Source: a virus
Taxonomy: Duplodnaviria > Caudoviricetes
Reading direction: 5' to 3' (one strand)
IMG/VR virus record: IMGVR_UViG_3300009155_000035
Length of the DNA: 64,000 bases
Below, one piece after another: positions 56,264 through 63,033 of this stretch (position 1 is the stretch's first letter; each line of letters opens with the position of its first letter). The translations under genes were made by a program, and so were the position numbers. The notes below the pieces were generated by a model, which did no database searches, was not told the DNA's origin, and saw only the letters and a program-made list of their open reading frames with translations.

Positions 56264-56310
56264 AATTCGGACACAGGATAGCATGTCGCTGGATTTGCGT
56301 AACCAGTAAA

Positions 56311-56333
56311 GTGCCCCTTGCGGGGCATTTTTT
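56311..56333. terminator. Bidirectional-looking intrinsic terminator between convergent genes
   Basis: gtgcccc-ttgc-ggggcat + ttttt. Confidence 0.75.
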
Positions 56334-56646
56334 ATTTTTCATTAGTCTTTTTAGTAGCCCGAGGCTTAGACGATGTCTTTTTAGCAACAGGTGTCTTTTT
56401 AGCAACAGGTTTTTTTTCTGCTGTGATGGCAGGCTTTTCTTCTACCACTGGCTTTTCTTCTACCACTGGCTTTTCTTCTACCACTGGCTTTTCTTCTACC
56501 ACTGGCGTTACTGCCGGCGTAGTTTCAACTACCAACGGTGCTAGTGTTGTGGGCACAGGCGCTTCAACCTTGTAAGGCGCTGGTTCCTGCGTTGCTTCTG
56601 TTTGCACTGGCTTGCCAAACAAGAATTCTTTGATTTTCGTAAACAT
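56332..56646 (-). CDS. Low-complexity Pro/Lys/Glu-rich protein
   Basis: VVEEKP x4, PVAKKT x2, basic tail; AGGAG RBS and TAAATA at 56664-56669. Confidence 0.65.
   Translation of the reverse strand: MFTKIKEFLFGKPVQTEATQEPAPYKVEAPVPTTLAPLVVETTPAVTPVVEEKPVVEEKPVVEEKPVVEEKPAITAEKKPVAKKTPVAKKTSSKPRATKKTNEK
56374..56409. repeat. 2 x 18-bp tandem repeat
   Basis: tgtctttttagcaacagg x2. Confidence 0.9.
56432..56503. repeat. 4 x 18-bp perfect tandem repeat
   Basis: ggcttttcttctaccact x4. Confidence 0.95.
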
Positions 56647-56655
56647 AATGTTCTC

Positions 56656-57690
56656 CTATAAAGTATTTACACAAGATGCAATATCTTTGCACATTTCAAC
56701 CTGCCAATTAAAATTCATGACATGATTGAAATTGTGCTCAACGACCGGGGCAATTTTTTGCTGTATCACAGCAGGATCTTGTGTGTGCAAATATGCAACC
56801 TGGTCCAGCATCATGTTCATTCGTTTTCCTGCATCGGGCTCTAAATCATATGATTCGTCAACAACATCATTGAATGTTTTAAAACCCAGCAGTTTTAGAT
56901 TTTGCAAATAGCGTTGGCCACCTTCAACTAAAAACAGCCTACGAGCCAACATGGGTTTGATTATTTTTTCTGTAAAAAAGCTCCAGTTATTGTTGTTTGT
57001 AGTTTCCGCCACAATTGAATAGTGGGTTTGATTATATATGTCTACTGGTATAATTTGACTCAAACTAACTATCACACCGTTTACTGTTACTTCTTGTACA
57101 GTAAAGTTTATTTCGGTGTTGGGACGATCAATTATTTCAACAGGCCAAGAAAATTCTTCATCATGGTATTTTGTTAAGTCTAAGTCTTGTGCTGTGGGGA
57201 AATATTTTACTATGTTATAGTCATGACTGATATTGTTAAAAATATAATCTCGATAGGGTTTTTTTCTTCCCAATAGCACGTCAAAACACCGCGACTTTTT
57301 AGAATCACTTAACCGAGACAGAATTTCTGGAAATTGCTTGTAAAAGTGTACAGTGCTCCAAAACCAATACGAACAGAACTTGGCCCTGGCGTTTTGCAAT
57401 GAATAATTTAGTTTGCCCCCAAGAAAGAATACCACGTTGTTAAAATCAAACTTTTTGCAAATTTCATCGTCAAATAGTTCAAACATCATGATGATTACCA
57501 ATTTGGATTCGCGTACTGCCGCTGACACAAGCTCATCTGCGGCTTTGTCAAATACCATGAGTTCAATGATGCTGATTTTGTTTGATTGTTGCAACCAAGA
57601 GTCCCAGTCTGTGTGAGTGGTATAGTTAGCTAACCCTGATTCTTTGAGCCACCATTGGCCTTGGTCACCGTGGAGGTAAATGTTATGCAT
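56656..57690 (-). CDS. GT10-like putative glycosyltransferase (paralog 2)
   Basis: YSIVAET...FFTEKIIKPMLARRLF...GFKTFNDVVDESYD; start ATG 57690. Confidence 0.55.
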   Translation of the reverse strand: MHNIYLHGDQGQWWLKESGLANYTTHTDWDSWLQQSNKISIIELMVFDKAADELVSAAVRESKLVIIMMFELFDDEICKKFDFNNVVFFLGGKLNYSLQNARAKFCSYWFWSTVHFYKQFPEILSRLSDSKKSRCFDVLLGRKKPYRDYIFNNISHDYNIVKYFPTAQDLDLTKYHDEEFSWPVEIIDRPNTEINFTVQEVTVNGVIVSLSQIIPVDIYNQTHYSIVAETTNNNNWSFFTEKIIKPMLARRLFLVEGGQRYLQNLKLLGFKTFNDVVDESYDLEPDAGKRMNMMLDQVAYLHTQDPAVIQQKIAPVVEHNFNHVMNFNWQVEMCKDIASCVNTL

Positions 57691-57695
57691 AATGA

Positions 57696-57708
57696 TATTT
57701 ACTAAATA
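57696..57708. promoter_or_regulatory. Back-to-back divergent TAAATA promoters
   Basis: TATTTA-C-TAAATA, 5 and 6 nt from the divergent ATGs. Confidence 0.6.
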
Positions 57709-57714
57709 TAACAT

Positions 57715-58416
57715 ATGAGTGAAATTGTTTACACACTTGTAGTGACACATATTACTATACTGTGTGTGACACTATTCTTGCACCGTGGTCAAGCACATAG
57801 AGCAGTGACCTTCCACCCGGCAATAGAGCATTTTATGCGTTTCTGGTTATGGATGACAACCGGACAAATTACCAAGCAGTGGGTCGCTGTGCATCGCAAG
57901 CATCATAGATTCACTGAACAACCGGGCGACCCGCACAGCCCGCACGTATTTGGATTTTGGAGAGTGCTGTTCAAGGGTGCTTTCTTGTATCATTCGGCAA
58001 CCAAAGATTCTAAAATGGTCGCACAGTACGGGTCGGGTACTCCGGATGATTGGATGGAACGTAATGTCTACACTCCACATAGTCGACTGGGAATTATTCT
58101 GTTATTGTTGATAAATTTACTTTGTTTTTCCTGGTGGGGGTTATTGATATGGGGTATGCAAATGATTTGGATACCATTCTGGGCCGCTGGTGTTGTCAAC
58201 GGTGTTGGTCATTGGTTGGGTTATAGAAACGGCGAAACCCGAGATCACAGTACTAACTTCAGTCCTTGGGGTATTATTATAGGTGGTGAGGAATTACACA
58301 ACAATCATCACTTGGATCCTGCCAGTGCTAAATTAAGCCGCAAGTGGTGGGAATTTGATATTGGGTGGACATGGATTTGTCTACTAGAACGATTTGAACT
58401 AGCCACAGTTCGGTAA
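57715..58416 (+). CDS. Acyl-lipid/acyl-CoA (delta-9-type) fatty acid desaturase
   Basis: His boxes HRGQAH, HRKHH and HNNHH; TM segments; GEELH. Confidence 0.9.
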   Translation: MSEIVYTLVVTHITILCVTLFLHRGQAHRAVTFHPAIEHFMRFWLWMTTGQITKQWVAVHRKHHRFTEQPGDPHSPHVFGFWRVLFKGAFLYHSATKDSKMVAQYGSGTPDDWMERNVYTPHSRLGIILLLLINLLCFSWWGLLIWGMQMIWIPFWAAGVVNGVGHWLGYRNGETRDHSTNFSPWGIIIGGEELHNNHHLDPASAKLSRKWWEFDIGWTWICLLERFELATVR

Positions 58417-58490
58417 AAATTAGTGCCCGTTTACTAATAAAAATTGTGATTTATATTGCAATGCAACATAAATAAGTGTACAATAGAAAT

Positions 58491-58547
58491 ACAAGATGCC
58501 TGTATTGGGTCTTGTTCGTAAACTTGCTTAATAAGGAGAAAACTATG
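58491..58547 (+). promoter_or_regulatory. Second ROSE-like structured leader
   Basis: acaagat-g-cc-tgtatt-gg-gtcttgt hairpin, then AACTTGCTTA-ATAAGGAGAA. Confidence 0.5.
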
Positions 58548-58814
58548 TTTACAGCCGACACACTTATCGATACCGTACAAACCGGTAAAAAAACTTTGGT
58601 GAACACTTTTATCACCAACGAAACAGCCAAAGACGCAATGATCAAATTCATTGACGCTCAGTCAGACTACACCAAAAAGGCCGCCAAAGTTAGCATGGAC
58701 ACATTTACTACACTATCTAGTGAAATGGTCAAAGCCAGTCAAAACGCCATGAAATTTGATTACGTCAAATTTGGTGAAGGCATTATGAAGGCTTACACCG
58801 CCAAAGCCAATTAA
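58545..58814 (+). CDS. Small all-helical amphipathic protein (phasin-like, tentative)
   Basis: 89 aa from ATG 58545 with AAGGAG RBS; Ala/Thr/Lys-rich amphipathic helices. Confidence 0.4.
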   Translation: MFTADTLIDTVQTGKKTLVNTFITNETAKDAMIKFIDAQSDYTKKAAKVSMDTFTTLSSEMVKASQNAMKFDYVKFGEGIMKAYTAKAN

Positions 58815-58831
58815 ATCTGACCAAAATCAGG

Positions 58832-58860
58832 TTGACCAGTAATCCTGTTCATGTTATATT
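58832..58860 (+). promoter_or_regulatory. Sigma70-type promoter
   Basis: GG-TTGACC-17bp-TATATT with TGn, 5 nt before ATG 58866. Confidence 0.7.
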
Positions 58861-58865
58861 ACAGC

Positions 58866-59078
58866 ATGAGCAGGATTTTTATTATTGTCTCTATATTGAT
58901 AGCAGGGTGCGCACAGGCTCCAAAAGTACCTGTTGATGTTGCCCTAATTCCCAACGATTGTGCGAACCGGCATGCCATTATTCGATGGCTTGAATCGGTG
59001 CTTGAAACGGATAAAAGCAATGAAAGTGCTATTAAAGCCCGCATTTGGACTTTGCGTTATAGCTGTCAGCCTGTTTAA
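58866..59078 (+). CDS. Putative lipoprotein
   Basis: Lipobox LIAGC. Confidence 0.6.
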   Translation: MSRIFIIVSILIAGCAQAPKVPVDVALIPNDCANRHAIIRWLESVLETDKSNESAIKARIWTLRYSCQPV

Positions 59079-59355
59079 TACTGGATGCGCAACTGGGCAA
59101 TATCAACCCATGGCAGTAGACGACCTTGATCGATTTCAAATTGATTGTCGCATCAAAGAACAACAAATCCGTTTCCTTCAAGGCATGAGAGCCACGCAGG
59201 ATGATAGATTTCTTGCAGGCGCAAACAATTTGGTTCGTCCCTGGGCCATAGCAACTAATTTCCCAGAATACAAACACCGTGTGTTAGTCAACAACGGATA
59301 TACTAACTGGAGCATCAATCAACTGTTGATGCGCATATCGCACGATTGCCCATGA
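59020..59355 (+). CDS. Putative lipoprotein
   Basis: Hydrophobic leader ending FNTGC. Confidence 0.55.
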   Translation: MKVLLKPAFGLCVIAVSLFNTGCATGQYQPMAVDDLDRFQIDCRIKEQQIRFLQGMRATQDDRFLAGANNLVRPWAIATNFPEYKHRVLVNNGYTNWSINQLLMRISHDCP

Positions 59356-59915
59356 AAAAAATTATACCTTTGATGCTGTTGGCTTCTACAGCCCTGGCTG
59401 ATGATAACTGTGTGTTACAAGAACGCACAGTAACCACAAACTCCACTGTGATTTTGGAACGTAGCACTATTCGTCGTGATGTTGTGCCGTACGGTGCCAA
59501 CCAAAAGAAATGCATAGTTGATTTTCGTGTGAGAATCAAAGGGGAGTGGTACACTGCATTTGGTGAACACATTTGGTCGGGCGACACTCCCAGTTCACAA
59601 GCCTGTGCTGTTGCAGTCAATCGTGCAGAAGCAGATGCCATTTCCAGAGTTGCCCGCAGTAGTGTCACAAACGAACGAACCTTGGTGTGCAAGGATAGAC
59701 CAGAATTAAAAACTCTACGTAACAGTCAAATTGGCACAGTTGGTGATGCTGGACAGTTTAGGCCACACCCAGACTATCCAAAACGATTTTACCATAATGG
59801 TGTCCAGTGTCGCTGGTTCGTAGAACCCTCATTCACTGGCAATGATGTGCGCATGTTCCAGGGAGTGGTTTGTGAAGTCCAAGATCAGAAATGGGTAGTT
59901 GTGGACAAATTTTAA
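59352..59915 (+). CDS. Secreted Cys-rich protein
   Basis: Signal peptide MKKIIPLMLLASTALA; six Cys. Confidence 0.65.
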   Translation: MKKIIPLMLLASTALADDNCVLQERTVTTNSTVILERSTIRRDVVPYGANQKKCIVDFRVRIKGEWYTAFGEHIWSGDTPSSQACAVAVNRAEADAISRVARSSVTNERTLVCKDRPELKTLRNSQIGTVGDAGQFRPHPDYPKRFYHNGVQCRWFVEPSFTGNDVRMFQGVVCEVQDQKWVVVDKF

Positions 59916-59916
59916 C

Positions 59917-59945
59917 TTGACTGGATATTGCGTTTCTTGTACAAT
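59917..59945 (+). promoter_or_regulatory. Sigma70-type promoter
   Basis: TTGACT-17bp-TACAAT. Confidence 0.65.
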
Positions 59946-59976
59946 TGTGTTATGTTAAAATTACCAGGAGGTAAAA

Positions 59977-60105
59977 ATGGGCAAATTTATAGCAGGCACA
60001 ATTTTTGGAATTGCGCTAGCCACAGTGGGATTCAGTGGCATCGCTAGAATCATGGATCGAGGTGTTGACACTGTAAAAACACAAACTCAGGAAATTGCAC
60101 GATGA
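59977..60105 (+). CDS. Small membrane protein (42 aa)
   Basis: MGKFIAGTIFGIALATVGFSGIARIMDRGVDTVKTQTQEIAR; AGGAGG RBS. Confidence 0.7.
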   Translation: MGKFIAGTIFGIALATVGFSGIARIMDRGVDTVKTQTQEIAR

Positions 60106-60224
60106 AACATTTGATTATGATTGCTGTATTAGCAGTGCTCACAGGATGTGGAACTATGGGCGGTATGGTCGGTGGTGCAGGCGACGACCTTAAAAAAGCC
60201 GGCGATTGGATTAAAACTCGTTAA
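60102..60224 (+). CDS. Entericidin (EcnA/B)-like lipoprotein (40 aa)
   Basis: MKHLIMIAVLAVLTG-CGTMGGMVGGAGDDLKKAGDWIKTR; ATGA-coupled. Confidence 0.55.
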   Translation: MKHLIMIAVLAVLTGCGTMGGMVGGAGDDLKKAGDWIKTR

Positions 60225-60232
60225 GGATAATC

Positions 60233-60808
60233 ATGAAAAACTTTATTGTATTGGCTGTTGTATCAACGCTGGCAGCTTGTAGTTCTGCTCCCAAAGACAC
60301 GTTTGAACGCAGGGCTTACGAAGAACAACGACAGCAAGAGAAGAACGTTGAACGTGCAATTGATCAAGCACCCAAGTGGATGACTGAACTTCCCAAGTCA
60401 GCTTCTGCGGTGTACCAAAATGGTACCTCTGTTAGCCCCGATATGAGCATGAGCGTTAGCAAGGCCAAGACTGTGGCCTTTGGTAAAATTTGTATGGCAG
60501 CAGGCGGCAAAGTAAATCAGCAAAGCAAAATTTATCGCACCGACAGTGACAATGCCAGCACTGAATTTTCTGAACTGGCTATCAAGAGCTTTTGTCCCAA
60601 TGTGGACATCACTGGAGTAGAGGTAGTAGAAACCAAGATGGTATCTGAGGGCAGTCGATTTAGAACTTACGTACTGATTGCATTGCCCACCGGACCGGCC
60701 AATCCCATGGCACGTGAGCGAGATGCACGAGAACAACGCAGGATCGCTGAAACACGCAGTCGTGAAGCATTTAAAGAGATGGAACAAACATCCAAACAGC
60801 CACAGTGA
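60233..60808 (+). CDS. Putative lipoprotein
   Basis: Lipobox LAAC, APKWM segment, AAGGA RBS. Confidence 0.7.
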   Translation: MKNFIVLAVVSTLAACSSAPKDTFERRAYEEQRQQEKNVERAIDQAPKWMTELPKSASAVYQNGTSVSPDMSMSVSKAKTVAFGKICMAAGGKVNQQSKIYRTDSDNASTEFSELAIKSFCPNVDITGVEVVETKMVSEGSRFRTYVLIALPTGPANPMARERDAREQRRIAETRSREAFKEMEQTSKQPQ

Positions 60809-60825
60809 GTTAAGTGGTGCATGAC

Positions 60826-60849
60826 AAAACCGGGCATTGCCCGGTTTTT
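60826..60849. terminator. Bidirectional intrinsic terminator
   Basis: aaaaccgggc-att-gcccggttttt between convergent genes. Confidence 0.8.
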
Positions 60850-60852
60850 CTC

Positions 60853-61584
60853 TTAATAAGTTAAGTGTTCATTTGTTTTGAAAGGCTTGCCCAAGCAGGC
60901 ATTGTCAAGCTGACACATCACTTTGTGTCTTAGGCGCCGAATAATTTTGTGTTTGGTGTCCCAGTTGAATGCTTTTAAGTATCGATAATAAGATGTGCGT
61001 TTGTGACGTCGTGCATTACAGCTTGCCAGGTACTGACCAATGGTGTCGGGATCGTACCCAAATCTCTCAATCATTTCGCAGGCAATGTTAAAACTAAATG
61101 CGCCCATTTCATCAGTGTCACCGTAGTACTCTTGTTCTCGACGATCTTTAGCACGTTCAGCTGTGCTCAGATATCCAGGTATGGCTTTGAACTTTCTTGC
61201 TCGATATTGCCGCATGTGTACAACTTCGTGCAATATAGTATCAGCAAACAAACGACACATCCGTTGAAATCGATATTTTGTTAGATATATCTTTTCGTCA
61301 AGAATGTTGTAGTTGAAGTTGACCTCTATGGGTCTTGACTGGTGCTTGCAATCGATATTGCTATAGTACATGCCACCAATGTAAATCCAACCTGGGTCGG
61401 TGGTTGTGTCTTTGAGATTCTTTACACGGATGGGAAGATTACGCCGAATATGGCTGCTCAAGATTTTTTGAATTTGTGCCACAGGTATTTCGCGATTGGT
61501 CACTTGGTTGCATATTGAATACAACAAGCTATACAAATTATCACGAGTTAACAAAGCCCAATTATACGGTTTTCGATTTGACAC
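60853..61584 (-). CDS. HExxH zincin-like protein
   Basis: ILHEVVHMRQ with downstream YYGDTDEMGAF. Confidence 0.55.
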   Translation of the reverse strand: MSNRKPYNWALLTRDNLYSLLYSICNQVTNREIPVAQIQKILSSHIRRNLPIRVKNLKDTTTDPGWIYIGGMYYSNIDCKHQSRPIEVNFNYNILDEKIYLTKYRFQRMCRLFADTILHEVVHMRQYRARKFKAIPGYLSTAERAKDRREQEYYGDTDEMGAFSFNIACEMIERFGYDPDTIGQYLASCNARRHKRTSYYRYLKAFNWDTKHKIIRRLRHKVMCQLDNACLGKPFKTNEHLTY

Positions 61585-61611
61585 AGTTATCTCCCACGTA
61601 CATTATTACTT

Positions 61612-61640
61612 AGTGTACTAGAAGATTTGGGCATAGTCAA
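61612..61640 (-). promoter_or_regulatory. Sigma70-type promoter
   Basis: On minus: TTGACT-17bp-TACACT before GTG 61584. Confidence 0.65.
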
Positions 61641-63002
61641 TTAATCGCTGACCTGATAACCAATTTTGCCCTTGTCTTCTTGAGCCGAGCTCTTGGTTCT
61701 AAGCTTGACTTGGCCGTCAATTTGAGCAGGCCAGAACGCTTTGGTAACAAGTTTGCCATTCTTGATGTTACTGTAAATCTGCACAAAGTTAAATCCCAAA
61801 CTGGTTAGAATAGCTTCGCGGAAGTTAGGCACAGCACCTGCATTGACCAGTTTCATTACGTCGTTAATCACAGCATAAAATACCTTGCCGCCATCGGTGG
61901 CATTGCCATTTGCCACTTGCGGGCTTAGTCTAGAAGCAGTGGCTTTCATTAATTTCGGAGGTAACTTTCCTCCGTTGTGCTTAAAGCTAGTGACAATGTC
62001 TTGCACTTCGTCTGGCTGCCAGGGCAAATATGGGCGCCAGGCTTCGGGCACTAATTCGGGCTGATATTGATAAAACCAGTTCATCAGCGCAAATGGTTGC
62101 GTTACACCACTGAGTCCTGGTTCTTGTGCTTTCTTGATAAAGCTATAGGCTTCGGGATATTTTTTCTTTAAAAAATCCGGTACCTTGAGTGATGTCAGTG
62201 CTGGTGGTGCGCCTTTTCCAGCAGCCTTGCTGGACATGGCAAGAGCATTACCTGTTGCACGATTTAACAATCCATAACTGTCAGCAATGGGGTTATTGCT
62301 GGCCTTGGGAAAATACAACAACAAGCTTCCTAGATCTTGACCAACCCACTCTAAAAATGATTCTCGCTTGGGAAAGTCAGCAACACCATTCAACACACTC
62401 ATTACACCCAAGAATTCACTTGCGTACAATTCAATGGCTTTTTGTTCTTGTGCGCTGAGATTGGGTGGTACTGTTGGTACTTGACCTTGCGTGATTTGTT
62501 TGGCCATGGCAATAACAGCATCGCCTACTTGACCCAGGTCTTTTAAATGAGAGCTAGCAATTTTATTGTAGATATCACTGGCAGGAAAACCACCAAAGTC
62601 CAAAATGGTTTGTACGCCAGACTCTAACTTTTCAGGGTCTACGTCAGTGCTGGGGAAAACATCTGACGGCTTGATAGGAATGCCTTCACTTTCTTTGCTG
62701 CCAAATTCTACAGTTTTTTGCAGTTCAGTATTCTTAACTGGAGTACCATCAATGGTTTGCATGTTAATCACACCCGACGGCCCGCTTTTTAACCAAGCAG
62801 TTACATTTTTTGCTTCTTTGGGATCAATGGTTACTTCATCACCACTGACAGTGGTAAATGGCAGTTTATTGATGACCTTGTAAAGAAATAACTCTTGACG
62901 AGTGAATGGCTTTCCAGTCTTGGGATTTTTGACCCCACTTAGCTTGTTAGCCGGTATTTCGTTTGCCCCTAGCTTGGCCTCGGTTAAATCTTGTAATCGC
63001 AT
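61641..63002 (-). CDS. Probable head-packaged protein (MRLQDLTEA leader)
   Basis: Start ATG 63002, 4 nt after TAAATA; D...SSK segment. Confidence 0.55.
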   Translation of the reverse strand: MRLQDLTEAKLGANEIPANKLSGVKNPKTGKPFTRQELFLYKVINKLPFTTVSGDEVTIDPKEAKNVTAWLKSGPSGVINMQTIDGTPVKNTELQKTVEFGSKESEGIPIKPSDVFPSTDVDPEKLESGVQTILDFGGFPASDIYNKIASSHLKDLGQVGDAVIAMAKQITQGQVPTVPPNLSAQEQKAIELYASEFLGVMSVLNGVADFPKRESFLEWVGQDLGSLLLYFPKASNNPIADSYGLLNRATGNALAMSSKAAGKGAPPALTSLKVPDFLKKKYPEAYSFIKKAQEPGLSGVTQPFALMNWFYQYQPELVPEAWRPYLPWQPDEVQDIVTSFKHNGGKLPPKLMKATASRLSPQVANGNATDGGKVFYAVINDVMKLVNAGAVPNFREAILTSLGFNFVQIYSNIKNGKLVTKAFWPAQIDGQVKLRTKSSAQEDKGKIGYQVSD

Positions 63003-63006
63003 GGTG

Positions 63007-63024
63007 TATTTATTACAATAAATA
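63007..63024. promoter_or_regulatory. Divergent pair of TAAATA promoters
   Basis: tattta at 63007-63012 (minus) and taaata at 63019-63024 (plus). Confidence 0.55.
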
Positions 63025-63033
63025 GATGCCACT

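Noticed and set aside
56374-56503. Perfect 18-bp repeats as a CRISPR array
   Set aside because: No spacers; in-frame tandem repeats inside a coding region
59977-60808. Spanin/holin lysis cassette
   Set aside because: No endolysin nearby, no nested Rz/Rz1 arrangement, and the promoters are early-type
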